Source of the DNA: Candidatus Dojkabacteria bacterium
GTDB lineage: Bacteria; Patescibacteriota; Dojkabacteria; B142; OLB20
NCBI GenBank assembly: GCA_035444565.1
Contig: DAOMOX010000001.1
Span: forward strand, 450,335 to 514,334
Length of the DNA: 64,000 nt
Direction: 5' to 3'
The notes below the pieces were generated by a model. That model worked only from the letters and a program-made list of their open reading frames with translations. It ran no database searches and was not told the DNA's origin. Below, piece by piece: positions 10,235-19,658 of this stretch; positions within the stretch are counted from its first letter, which is position 1; every line of letters starts with the position of its first letter. Made by a program: the position numbers and the translations under genes.

Positions 10235-10926
10235 TTTTTCGTGTTTAACATATATCCTTTTCCATGAATTGTTTTGAGTATTTTCTTTTGTGGATCAAAT
10301 TTTTTTCGTAATGTTTTTATATGAGTCTTTATTGTATCACTAAATGGATTTGCCTCTTCGTCCCAGACATGCTCCAAAAGCTCTTCTGCGGGTATTGTGC
10401 GATTTATATTTCGAATCATGTACTCTAGCATAGAACATTCTTTCGTAGTGAGTTCAATCTCTTCGCCAGTTTGTGTATCTAATAAAGTGTTTTTGTCTGG
10501 GATTAATTCGTAATTTAGGAATTCTAAATTATGAGTCTTGTTTTCGCTGGACCTGCGAACTATTGCTTTTATCCTGGCAGTCAATTCTTTCAAATTAAAT
10601 GGTTTTGAGATGTAGTCGTCTGCACCTGCTTCAAAACCTATTAGTTTGTCATCAATCTGATGTTTTGCGGTTACCATTAAAATCGGTGTGTTGATATTTT
10701 GTGCTCTGAGTTTATTTGAGATGGAAATTCCATCAATTCCCGGGAGGTTGAGATCGAGAAGGATACAATCGTATTGATTAATTTCTGCTTTTGATAACCC
10801 TGAAGTCCCTTCATTTGAATAATCAACAGCAAAACCATAATCAGAAAGAGCCTTGATCAAAGGCCTGGCTAAATCTTCTTCGTCTTCTATCAATAACAAT
10901 CTCATACTTGTGCCGCCCACTCCCAC
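10231..10926 (-). CDS. OmpR-family response regulator
   Basis: Receiver domain (LLIEDEEDL, phospho-acceptor in ILLDLNLPGIDG, the T of LMVTA, the K of KPF) plus a winged-helix DNA-binding C-terminus. Confidence 0.9.
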   Translation of the reverse strand: MGVGGTSMRLLLIEDEEDLARPLIKALSDYGFAVDYSNEGTSGLSKAEINQYDCILLDLNLPGIDGISISNKLRAQNINTPILMVTAKHQIDDKLIGFEAGADDYISKPFNLKELTARIKAIVRRSSENKTHNLEFLNYELIPDKNTLLDTQTGEEIELTTKECSMLEYMIRNINRTIPAEELLEHVWDEEANPFSDTIKTHIKTLRKKFDPQKKILKTIHGKGYMLNTKK

Positions 10927-10964
10927 ATCTTAATCTGATGCAGGAGCGAGGGCGGATTAAAAAT

Positions 10965-11438
10965 TTATTGTGCGTGTCTACCCATACCCATTCCGTTTCC
11001 TCTTCCCATACCTTGTCCATTACCTCTTTGGCCGTTCATTGGCATTTCGATGCCTTGTTCTTCTAGCCAGTTTTGGAACTCTTCACGTTCTGCTTGCATT
11101 AGTTCGTGCATTTCGGTTCTTGTTTTACCTTCTGCAAGTAATGCATCTCTTTTAGCCATCATTTCTTCGTGATGTGCCTCAATAACTGCTTTCTGTTCTT
11201 CTGTGATAGTACCATCTTCTACTAAGCCGTTCAATCTTTCTGTATGTCTAGCTTCTCTTTCCTGTGTAAATACATTTTGAACTTCTGTTTTATCTAGATT
11301 GAATTTCTCAGATAGAGTTTCTACCATTGGTGGGTAGGTTTCTGTATCTTGTGCGAATGTTGGCACTGCGACGACTCCAAGAGCTGAGGCTGATACTACA
11401 ACACCTGCACCTAATATTAATAATTTATTTCTATTCAT
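10965..11438 (-). CDS. secreted LTXXQ-motif protein (CpxP/Spy/ZraP-like periplasmic stress chaperone) with a Gly/Met-rich tail
   Basis: Signal peptide, ITEEQKAVIEAHHEEMMAKRD (LTXXQ-like helix), and a C-terminus MPMNGQRGNGQGMGRGNGMGMG. It is the first gene of the RR/HK operon. Confidence 0.5.
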   Translation of the reverse strand: MNRNKLLILGAGVVVSASALGVVAVPTFAQDTETYPPMVETLSEKFNLDKTEVQNVFTQEREARHTERLNGLVEDGTITEEQKAVIEAHHEEMMAKRDALLAEGKTRTEMHELMQAEREEFQNWLEEQGIEMPMNGQRGNGQGMGRGNGMGMGRHAQ

Positions 11439-11645
11439 AGTTAAATAATAATAATTTAAATCTTCACTTAAAACGTATGCTTAATATTAGATCATATATT
11501 AATATTAACAAATTAAATACAAACATATATTAGACTTTGTTAGGTGAAATCAAGGTGAAGGTTAATTTTATTTTAATAAACTGCTAAAATCAGACATTAA
11601 TTAATTGCAAATAACATGAAAGAATATCCATACAAATAAAGACTA

Positions 11646-12104
11646 TTGGCAGGAATAATCGACAGTATGTTAATTTCCTTTATCAATTCGATTTATTTAT
11701 TACCTGCATTGTTCCTCGCTATTTTACCTCTAATCGCACAAATAACTAGCCAAGCTAGTGTTGACCCTGATTTAGTTGATGGAGCAGGTTTTATTGTGTC
11801 CTTTGCATGGTTGATGATGTGGTCCTTAATAATTTTTGTCATAAATACGGCATTCGGAGTTTTCTGGCATGTATATAGACCTGCAAAACATAATGGTCAA
11901 ACATACGGGAAGGAGTGGATGAAAGTTAAGGTTGTAAAAATAGATAACTCAGAGTTGACGATGAAAAGTCTTTTAATTCGATATGTTGCCTAACTTTTCC
12001 TAGCTCAAGCAATTAATATCTTCATGTATATCACTATCTTCATAGACGAAGAGAAAAGAGCAGTTTATGACTTTGTCTCTAACACGAAGGTTGTCCGAGC
12101 GTAA
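11646..12104 (+). pseudogene. RDD-family membrane protein with an in-frame TAA
   Basis: GQTYGKEWMKVKVV...LLIRYVA-TAA-LFLAQAINIFMYITIFIDEEKRAVYDFVSNTKVV aligns with the RDD consensus (..LGK...G..VV......GR..YF.K........R.q.lHD..agT.VV). The TAA at 11991-11993 sits where homologs have Lys. The same frame continues to the TAA at 12102-12104. Confidence 0.55.
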
Positions 12105-12665
12105 TCAATTAATTGCTTCTTTCAAATTTTGGAGCTTGTTCTCGAATAAATCTTTGGCTAATGCAATAAGTGCGAAAATCATTGGTGCAAAAACTATATT
12201 TCCATACAATTGGTTCTTCAAGAATGGTAGGGCATTGATATAGCTGTTTATCAATCCTGAAATTGTGTCTGGATACATTGCTGTGGTGATAACAACACCG
12301 AAATTTGTCCAAAGGTAGAAGATTAATACTGATAATAATGATCCCCCAAGTCCTGCCAAAGCAGGGTATGTTTCCCCTTCTTGTTTGTTAATTTTTGAAA
12401 GTGCGGCCCCAATAAGTGGTGTTAACAAGAATGCGCTCCATGTGAAGATAAAAATTGAGGTGTTCCCGATAACCGCATCAGAAAGTACCATTATCACTAA
12501 AGGTACTATCATCGCTAATTTTTTGTTGTTCATAAAATACCCAGCGCCTAAGGAGGCGATTGTCACGAATTCGACATTTGGACCAATCGTAAAAATTGTA
12601 CGAGTGAGGAATCCTAATGCGATAAAACTGAGAACTAATACCTTGTCGTTATTTGTTATTTTCAT
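12105..12665 (-). CDS. ECF-transporter S-component-like membrane protein (candidate cobalamin-specific CbrT-like permease)
   Basis: 186 aa with 5-6 TM, similar in size and topology to ECF substrate-capture proteins. It is co-transcribed downstream of the DUF4430 lipoprotein and a cobalamin riboswitch. Confidence 0.4.
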   Translation of the reverse strand: MKITNNDKVLVLSFIALGFLTRTIFTIGPNVEFVTIASLGAGYFMNNKKLAMIVPLVIMVLSDAVIGNTSIFIFTWSAFLLTPLIGAALSKINKQEGETYPALAGLGGSLLSVLIFYLWTNFGVVITTAMYPDTISGLINSYINALPFLKNQLYGNIVFAPMIFALIALAKDLFENKLQNLKEAIN

Positions 12666-12684
12666 TTTGAAATATTATTTAATA

Positions 12685-13155
12685 TTAGTTAATTGTGTCT
12701 AATTCAAAGGAAACTTTATCGTCTGCTTTGGGTAAGTACTGAGAAATTCCGACCTGACTTAGTTCTCCGTTAATTTTGAATGACCAGAATTTATTATCTG
12801 CGGAAGGATTGTATCCGTTAATCGAAGTGATGAAAAATGCAGTTTCACCATCCATTTCAAATGAGTCAAACTCAATTTTTAAATTTTCGTTCTCATAGAT
12901 GACTTTATTTAAGATTTCATATAGATTCTCACCCTCAGTAAACTCAGCCTCAGTAACAATACTCTGGCCGTTCTGGTCTACGACTGTAATTTCGGTTTTC
13001 TGCATTACTTGTGTGACTTCTTCCTCTTGTTGGGTTTCTTCAGAATTGTTTATTACTTCTTTTGCCTTATCAAAATACGTACAACCTGTAAGTGTGACTA
13101 CAGAAAGTAATAAAATAACTGCTAAGGGGAGTTTTTTAGATAATGTGTCGCGCAT
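12685..13155 (-). CDS. DUF4430-domain lipoprotein (BtuG/transcobalamin-like corrinoid-binding beta-grasp protein)
   Basis: Lipobox LLSVVTLTGC. The C-terminal block FITSINGYNPSADNKFWSFKINGELSQVGISQYLPKADDKVSFEL matches the DUF4430 W.y.vNG......s.y.lkdGD.i.f motif. It sits immediately downstream of the riboswitch. Confidence 0.6.
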   Translation of the reverse strand: MRDTLSKKLPLAVILLLSVVTLTGCTYFDKAKEVINNSEETQQEEEVTQVMQKTEITVVDQNGQSIVTEAEFTEGENLYEILNKVIYENENLKIEFDSFEMDGETAFFITSINGYNPSADNKFWSFKINGELSQVGISQYLPKADDKVSFELDTIN

Positions 13156-13165
13156 TTAAATGCTG

Positions 13166-13345
13166 TAAAAAATAAAAATTCTCCGAGTAGGAGACTTTTT
13201 AAGATTCCTGCTCGGGATTGTGGTTCTTACCAGGCTCGGACTTTTCAGTAAAGAACTGAATTACCGTAGCGGCACTGTGCAGGATTTTCACCTGACTTCA
13301 CCGATAAGAATTTTAGTCTAGCAAACCCGAGCGAAGATAGTCAAA
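13166..13345 (-). ncRNA. cobalamin (AdoCbl-variant type) riboswitch with a terminator expression platform
   Basis: The minus-strand RNA reads ..GCUCGGGUUUG..GGUGAAGUCAGGUGAAAAUCCUGCACAGUGCCGCUACGGUAAUUCAGUucuuuACUGAAAAGUCCGAGCCUGGUAAGAACCACAAUCCCGAGC.. This matches the core GGGAAn3GGUGAGAAUCC..GCAGCCCCCGCUACUGU and the B12-box region GUCCCGAGCCAGGAGACC. P1 is GCUCGGG/CCCGAGC. It is followed by a UCUCC-uacuc-GGAGA hairpin and a U-run. Confidence 0.65.
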
Positions 13346-13418
13346 CTTATCTTTTAAGATTCGAATAAATGTGGTTGAGTTTCGTGTACTAGCTTATTCT
13401 ATTCTAACGGATGATTGT

Positions 13419-13679
13419 CTACTCTATATTACCTTGCTCTAAAGCGTTGCCGGTATAACCTATTGCTCCAGCTGTTATCAGGAGTCCTGCGGCAGAAGCC
13501 GCTATAGGGACGGGATTGTCAGTGAATATTGTAAGTGCTAAATTGCCGACTCCAATTAAAAGAGCCACGCCCAGTTCTTTTGTAAGACGAAGTCTTCTTT
13601 CTTTGCATATTTTCATGGCTTCGACACATCCAATGATGAGACCAGAAGCTGCGCCAACAATTTCAGGTAAATTCTCCAT
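13419..13679 (-). CDS. small membrane protein, hypothetical
   Basis: 86 aa with 2-3 Gly/Ala-rich helices. Confidence 0.3.
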   Translation of the reverse strand: MENLPEIVGAASGLIIGCVEAMKICKERRLRLTKELGVALLIGVGNLALTIFTDNPVPIAASAAGLLITAGAIGYTGNALEQGNIE

Positions 13680-13689
13680 TATAATAATT

Positions 13690-14013
13690 TTAATTATTTA
13701 AAACCTCCCAAGCAATAATCCCACCTTTCAAGTCATAGACTTCTTTGAAACCAATTGTTTTCATAATGTCTAAGACTGCTTTCGTACGACTGCCAGTTCT
13801 GCAGTATATGAAATAAGGGTGGTTTTTGTCTAGGTTTTCGAGTTGTTTTTCAAAATCCACTGAATAAAAATCAAAATTGATAGATCCATGTAGATGTTGT
13901 TCAGCGTATTCGCCTGGAGTCCGGATATCAATAAGAGTCCCTTTACGGTCTTCGTGCATCGCTAGAAATGTCTTTGGATCAAGCGAAGAAAAGTTAAGTG
14001 ATGAAGTAATCAT
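13690..14013 (-). CDS. single-domain rhodanese (sulfurtransferase)
   Basis: Active-site loop YFIYCRTGSRTK (CX5R) and the ...GGIIAWEV C-terminus. Confidence 0.8.
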   Translation of the reverse strand: MITSSLNFSSLDPKTFLAMHEDRKGTLIDIRTPGEYAEQHLHGSINFDFYSVDFEKQLENLDKNHPYFIYCRTGSRTKAVLDIMKTIGFKEVYDLKGGIIAWEVLNN

Positions 14014-14041
14014 AATAAAAAATTTATTTAATTAATTGAAA

Positions 14042-14965
14042 TTATTGACTGTTTACTTGTTGGCTTTGTGAGTTACTGGCGTTACGTTTCTTTAACCTCA
14101 GAAGCCAGCCATAGGTGTGGACTGAGACTACTGCGATAATAGTTACCCAGAAAGTTGTTTGCATAGAAGTCGGTTGCAGTACGAAATAACCTTTCCATGC
14201 GTGAAAGATTACTGAGAGATAGGCGAGATAGACGAGATAATGAAGCTGTTTCCAGGCATTTACTCTCAGAAATAACTTTGCAGGGAGACTCCATGGCGCT
14301 ATCAATACCCAAAAGATTACAAAACCAGTGAAGATTACATAATGTAAGGTTTCGAGATTTAATATTCCTAGAGCACTCATTCCCACTGTATATGCAATGT
14401 AGAATAAGAGTAATCCCGTATGAATCAAGTTGTAATATTTTGTTGGGAGTTTTGTCTGGAAGTAATTTGTCGAAGTAAATGCTAATGCTGATAATATAAT
14501 TAATGCAGTAGTGCCAAAGTAATTCGCACTAACCGAATATATTAATTCAGGATTAAATTCATAATATTTCGAAATTACAAAATTTGCATGAATAAAAGCC
14601 AGAAGGAAAGTTGCAACGCCTACATGTCTTCTATGTCTGAATAACGGTGCAAAACGTTTGTTTATTCGTGTCAATGGTCCGATAACAAGTGTGATTTGTA
14701 AAAATGTAAACGCTGTGAATGCTGTAGCTTGAACTATATGTCTGGTGTCATCGAGATTGGGATACATTAATTGATGAAGGAGAACATTGCCTGCAACTAA
14801 GAGAAGAAGAATCATATTAACCCAATTTCTAGCTAATAGGCTTAGTAAGAGTAGTGCACCTAAAAGTATCCAGAAAACAACCAGAGTCGGAAAGAGGATT
14901 GGAGCAAGTAAAGCATAGAAGAGGCAAAGTGTAATTGTTGTGTAAACCTGGATTTTCTTATTCAT
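14042..14965 (-). CDS. polytopic membrane protein, possibly with a ferric-reductase-like (MsrQ-like) heme-binding TM domain
   Basis: About 9 TM. The HRRHVGVATFLLAFIHANFV His pair is spaced like the bis-heme ligands of Ferric_reduct domains. This is a weak call. Confidence 0.3.
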   Translation of the reverse strand: MNKKIQVYTTITLCLFYALLAPILFPTLVVFWILLGALLLLSLLARNWVNMILLLLVAGNVLLHQLMYPNLDDTRHIVQATAFTAFTFLQITLVIGPLTRINKRFAPLFRHRRHVGVATFLLAFIHANFVISKYYEFNPELIYSVSANYFGTTALIILSALAFTSTNYFQTKLPTKYYNLIHTGLLLFYIAYTVGMSALGILNLETLHYVIFTGFVIFWVLIAPWSLPAKLFLRVNAWKQLHYLVYLAYLSVIFHAWKGYFVLQPTSMQTTFWVTIIAVVSVHTYGWLLRLKKRNASNSQSQQVNSQ

Positions 14966-15160
14966 CTGATAATTGTTGTTATAAAAGTCTTTTTTTGTCG
15001 ATTACTTGGTATCAGTCAAAATGGTCTAACTATGATAATACATTCTCACTTTTTAGGGTAGTGAAAACAAGTGTATTAAAATAAATAATACACTTGAGAC
15101 AGTTTGTATCTCTTAGTTTCAGTTTGAAATTCTTAGCCGGCTTTTCAGATATCTCTTGGA

Positions 15161-15655
15161 TTAAGTTTGATAGAGTTCTGGTTTTAACCATTCATATTGT
15201 TTCTTGTTGTAAGCATATTTTTCAAAGTTGAATTTCGTCAATTTTGGATCTGGTTTCGAACGTAAGTATTGTTCGATAAATTCTTTACTCAAATTTTCGT
15301 CAACATTCTCTGCCAGTTCAAAAAAGTTTTCATTAAGTAATGTTATTCGTGAGTCAATTTGGGGAATATCATTATCAGTGGATTTATTTATCAATGAGAG
15401 TTTTAGGTAGGGTTTCTGTTTAAAAGATTGGATTTCTATGTAATTAACCGAACTGTTGTATCGATTACTACTTGTAGCAATCAGCCCGAAAATGTTGTCT
15501 TCGTAACTCGTCCAGACACGGATAACATCATTATGATTGATCTCGTTACCAAATATCTTCACACCTGCTGACAAATCCTCTTTCACTTTTGACATTAACA
15601 AAGAAATATCTGGCTTTGAAATTATTTTATTGTTTGAGCTTTGAAGATCCATCAT
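15161..15655 (-). CDS. hypothetical cytoplasmic protein
   Basis: 164 aa with no motif. Its start overlaps the stop of the LCP gene by 4 nt (ATGA). Confidence 0.4.
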   Translation of the reverse strand: MMDLQSSNNKIISKPDISLLMSKVKEDLSAGVKIFGNEINHNDVIRVWTSYEDNIFGLIATSSNRYNSSVNYIEIQSFKQKPYLKLSLINKSTDNDIPQIDSRITLLNENFFELAENVDENLSKEFIEQYLRSKPDPKLTKFNFEKYAYNKKQYEWLKPELYQT

Positions 15656-17142
15656 TGAGGTGAGGGAAGAAGTATAGTGAAGTCTTCTTTGTTCAACCTA
15701 TATCTTTGGTAAGGCTTACCATCTACAATATTAGTACTTAAGTTCTCCGAGAGATACTGACGAGTAGCGGGTAACTCACCATCAGAGAAATCTAAGATAA
15801 TTATTGAGTTTTGATCTTTAAACTCTTTGGAAAGAGTTACGAGATACTTACTGTTAGTAATTCTAAGCGGAGGTTCATTGGATGAGAAGTCAACGAACTT
15901 GGGATAATCGAAATATAATTTACCTTTTAGATTTGCAGTACCGTATGCAAAAACTTCAGCATTTTCTTCATAAACGACAGGGTTCCCAATAATGCTTTTA
16001 ATTAATTCTTGAATTCTACAAAATTCATTTCCCGGGCAGTCTTTCCAATGAGTAGGAACCATATAATATGGACCACCAGGTCTATCGTGTGGCTGTTTAT
16101 TTAAATATTTCTCACTACCTCCAATCTCGGGATCGAGCACAATATTAATAACCTTGTCTAATTCAAACTTCTCAATTAGTTTAGTGCCGGCAAGGATTTC
16201 TTTGACTGTTAATTCGCTAACAAGTGTTTTTTCGCGATAAATTTTGTAGAGGTCTGTGAGTTTATTCGGATCAAGCAATGTCTCAGAAGTTAGTGCTCTA
16301 TTTAATACGGCTTCAATCACAATTTGTTGTCTACGTGCTCGACCAAAATCTGAGGTAAGTTGTCTGACTCGAACGTATTTTAAGGCATCTTCACTACTCA
16401 GAAATATTTTGCCTTTCTTGAAATAAACATTTTCCCAACCGTAATCATTGAAAGGGTATACATCCCAAACATCTGCTGGATTATCCACGAAAATACCGAC
16501 TTCACCTGTTTCTGGGTTAGTTTCTCCGACTGTTTCTATTGCCTCCACAAAACTGTCCAATGTAACGAAGATATGGTACTGGATTGGGATTCCTGTTACA
16601 GAGGTGACTGTATCTTTCAATTCTTCAATTCCACGACCAGGGCAGTTTGCATTTTCAGTTTTATCATAAATCCAGTGTATGCTACCGCTAAATTTGAGAC
16701 ATTCTTCCCTGAAATCTACACCCAAATCTCTAGGAATACTTATCATAGTAAGTTTTTCAGTTTCGTGGTCGTAAACCACTTGAATAATTGTGTCTATATT
16801 ACGAGTTCCTGCTTGACCTTTAGGGTCTGTACTTTTAAACTCACCATCTTCAAATATTATGTCTCGAGTGTCTACTCCAGCAATTAATACCGAAGTTACC
16901 TTATTATCATTTTTCAACTCTAAATCAACAAATTTATCTACAAATTGAGTCCCTGTAGATATTGCACGAATTAAACTGCTTCTAGAAAATAATTCTGCAC
17001 CAGAAAAGAAAAAGTAATCAACCAAGAAAAACATCCCAAACATTATTACGAAGAGGAAGGGATAGAGTATGAATTTGGCTCTTTTCCTTAGACGTTTCTT
17101 GGGCTGATTTTTTTGCACTTTATTAATTTCGACTTTATACAC
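15652..17142 (-). CDS. LytR-CpsA-Psr (LCP) family cell-envelope phosphotransferase with a long C-terminal extension
   Basis: N-terminal TM. The LCP core is LIAGVDTRD ... DTIIQVVYDHETEKLTMISIPRDLGVDF (the ..lGvDsR....rsDtimlv....k...l.SiPRD pattern). Confidence 0.8.
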   Translation of the reverse strand: MYKVEINKVQKNQPKKRLRKRAKFILYPFLFVIMFGMFFLVDYFFFSGAELFSRSSLIRAISTGTQFVDKFVDLELKNDNKVTSVLIAGVDTRDIIFEDGEFKSTDPKGQAGTRNIDTIIQVVYDHETEKLTMISIPRDLGVDFREECLKFSGSIHWIYDKTENANCPGRGIEELKDTVTSVTGIPIQYHIFVTLDSFVEAIETVGETNPETGEVGIFVDNPADVWDVYPFNDYGWENVYFKKGKIFLSSEDALKYVRVRQLTSDFGRARRQQIVIEAVLNRALTSETLLDPNKLTDLYKIYREKTLVSELTVKEILAGTKLIEKFELDKVINIVLDPEIGGSEKYLNKQPHDRPGGPYYMVPTHWKDCPGNEFCRIQELIKSIIGNPVVYEENAEVFAYGTANLKGKLYFDYPKFVDFSSNEPPLRITNSKYLVTLSKEFKDQNSIIILDFSDGELPATRQYLSENLSTNIVDGKPYQRYRLNKEDFTILLPSPQ

Positions 17143-17195
17143 AGGAATAGTGCTTATGTAATAGCTTGGATAATTACTCTATCATAGCGAGTGAA

Positions 17196-17753
17196 TCAAT
17201 CCAACTCTTTAGTTTTTCGCAGATGATTTACAAGAATTGCAACAGCTGCACTAATTAGTACAATATTTTTAATAATATACTGTCCCTCAAGCGAGAATCC
17301 GTAGGGAAATTTTGTAAATACTGTATCGGTCAGTGTAATAAATGGAGTAAATGTGCCTCCCATATGGAGTATAAATATCCAAAAAGTAATTTTCGTTAGT
17401 CTTGGGATTAGAAACATAATCCCCAAAACTGTTTCCCAAACTCCTAAAAAGATAAAAAATGGCTCTCTCGGAAGGAAATAAATTGAATTTGCTACCAAAT
17501 CTGCAGCTGGACTTGAGTCGAATGGTTTTAGAATACCAAACCAAATGTAAATGATGGCGATCGAAATCCTCAGAAACCAATCCGAATAATTATTAAAAAT
17601 TGTATAAACCTTTTGTTCAACGGAATGTAGATTCATTTTTCTGAGTAATAAGTTAGAACAAATTATAATAATAATTAGCTTTAATGTTAAGTTTTTTGAA
17701 AGTGAGATTCTAAATACTTTGTTACGATTCATTGGAGAAAATAAAACTAGCAA
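17196..17753 (-). CDS. DoxX-like membrane protein
   Basis: The 4-TM segment LRISIAIIYIWFGILKPFD...FLGVWETVLGIMFLIP resembles DoxX (R...lG..f...G..K......ElvgG). Confidence 0.4.
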   Translation of the reverse strand: MLVLFSPMNRNKVFRISLSKNLTLKLIIIIICSNLLLRKMNLHSVEQKVYTIFNNYSDWFLRISIAIIYIWFGILKPFDSSPAADLVANSIYFLPREPFFIFLGVWETVLGIMFLIPRLTKITFWIFILHMGGTFTPFITLTDTVFTKFPYGFSLEGQYIIKNIVLISAAVAILVNHLRKTKELD

Positions 17754-17822
17754 TTACTAATATTTACTACTCCAATTCCTTGTGTTAGGATAAATTAAAC
17801 AATTAATTATTACCCCAATTCA

Positions 17823-19070
17823 ATGTTAAGAAGATTTTTCACCGTTCTCACTGGAGGATTGTTTTTGTTTATAGTATTTCCTTTCGGTAACGTAGATGCG
17901 CTTGTTATCGAGAGCGTAAAAGATGATACTCAAATCGTAGTTACAAATGATGTTGATGATGATTTGTTGTTAAAGGGTGAAGGTATGATCACTGTCTATG
18001 GGGATGTGAACGGTGATTTAATAATTCTAGGAGAAACAGTAAAAGTAACTGGTGATGTAGAAGGGAATGTTTATATTTTCGGAAGTACAGTAACCATAGA
18101 AAGTATTGTTGGTAAGAGTGTATACGTAATTAGTGGTACTACTTTTTTGAATGGTGAAGTTTATAGAGATGTATATCTAATGGGTGGAAGTGTTCATTTG
18201 AGTGGCCCAGTTAAAGAAGATGTAATCATTGCAGGAGGAGATGTTTATGTTCAAGGTGAAGTAGGAGACGACATAAGAGCTTTTACAGGAACAATGCGAG
18301 TTAATACTACTGTAGGTGGAGATATTGTCTCTGCTAGTGGAAATACAATTATTGGAGGAACGGTTCAAGGTAGTGTGATTTCTACTGGAGCAACTGATTT
18401 GCAAGATTCTATTGTTGAAGGAGATTTTGTCGCTTACACTGACAAAAATGATGTTGTTAAATATTCTGAAAGTACAATACAAGGAGAGCGTTCAATCAAA
18501 GGATATGAGCAGTTTGGGGAGTTCTTTAAAACTAACAATACTTCTATCACAAGCACCTTAATTGAAGATATTTGGACAAAAACATTCTGGTCTATGTTTC
18601 AATGTGTCGGAGCTGTGATTTTAGGGTATCTGCTTTTCAAATTTGCCCCAGTTAGACTCGAGAATACATTGGCAAAGATGAATGACACTCAGGAAGTCCT
18701 TAAAAGTTTCTTGATTGGATTCTTCGCTTTCCCTGTCGGAATATTCATAGTTATCTTCTTAGCATTATCTATAATTGGTTGGCCTATCCTGAAAGTAATA
18801 GTATTGCTAGCATTGCTTGCGATTTCTGTGGTGACACCCATCGCTGGAATCATTTTGGGAAGAAAAATTCTACCATTAATTGGTAGTAAGAGAAGATATG
18901 TAATTCCATTAACTCTGGGTGTTGTGATAATTCAAATCATCAGTACAATCCCTATTCTTGGATGGTTTTTCTATCAGAGTGTCGTATTTGTTGTAATTGG
19001 AGCAATGCTTCGTATGCAGTGGGGTAAATACCAAATTGCACAGAAGATGACGGTAAAGGTAACAAAGTAA
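17823..19070 (+). CDS. bactofilin-like beta-helix repeat protein fused to a C-terminal polytopic membrane domain
   Basis: Signal peptide, then ~170 aa of G-x-V-x-G-(D/N)-V repeats (GDVNGDLIILGETVKVTGDVEGNVYIFGSTVTIE...), followed by 5-6 TM helices. Confidence 0.4.
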   Translation: MLRRFFTVLTGGLFLFIVFPFGNVDALVIESVKDDTQIVVTNDVDDDLLLKGEGMITVYGDVNGDLIILGETVKVTGDVEGNVYIFGSTVTIESIVGKSVYVISGTTFLNGEVYRDVYLMGGSVHLSGPVKEDVIIAGGDVYVQGEVGDDIRAFTGTMRVNTTVGGDIVSASGNTIIGGTVQGSVISTGATDLQDSIVEGDFVAYTDKNDVVKYSESTIQGERSIKGYEQFGEFFKTNNTSITSTLIEDIWTKTFWSMFQCVGAVILGYLLFKFAPVRLENTLAKMNDTQEVLKSFLIGFFAFPVGIFIVIFLALSIIGWPILKVIVLLALLAISVVTPIAGIILGRKILPLIGSKRRYVIPLTLGVVIIQIISTIPILGWFFYQSVVFVVIGAMLRMQWGKYQIAQKMTVKVTK

Positions 19071-19142
19071 GTATTCAAATTGAACACAAGAGAGCAGGCT
19101 AAAATCTGTTATGAATTTTTGTTGCCTGTTATCTTCCGCTAA

Positions 19143-19658
19143 TTATTTGTTTTCCACCAACTTCATCAACTCATAGCAGACCATCACATCATTTAGTGCT
19201 CTATGGGATTGTAGCTCGAGTCCGAGATATTCTTTAATAGTGGTTAATCGGAAATTAGTAATCGGAAGATTTGACCTCCTCGCAACTTGCACAGTACATA
19301 GTTTTGGGTTATCTAATTCGGGAATCTCATACCGACCAAATTCTGCATTCAGAAAACGATAGTCGAAATTTACATTGTGTGCTACAAATGTACTATGACC
19401 AATAAAATCCTTTACCTCTTTAAAAACTTCTTCTGGTTCACGCCCGTCGTTATTTAAGTCTTGTTTGGTAATTCCAGTAATTTGTGTGATCAAAGAGGGG
19501 ACATCCCCAGGAATGTTAATCAAAGTTGAATATTCTGAAACAATCTTCCCTTTGGAAACTTTGATTGCAGCAACTTCTATGACTCTATGGTAGTTGCAAT
19601 TTAATCCGGTGGTTTCTGTATCGATTATTACCAAATCATCCATTAGACTTCCTTTCAA
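19143..19658 (-). CDS. DEDDh 3'-5' exonuclease (DnaQ/epsilon-like)
   Basis: Exo I VIIDTETTGL, Exo II FVAHNVNFDYRFL, Exo III HRALNDVMVCYEL. Confidence 0.8.
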   Translation of the reverse strand: MKGSLMDDLVIIDTETTGLNCNYHRVIEVAAIKVSKGKIVSEYSTLINIPGDVPSLITQITGITKQDLNNDGREPEEVFKEVKDFIGHSTFVAHNVNFDYRFLNAEFGRYEIPELDNPKLCTVQVARRSNLPITNFRLTTIKEYLGLELQSHRALNDVMVCYELMKLVENK

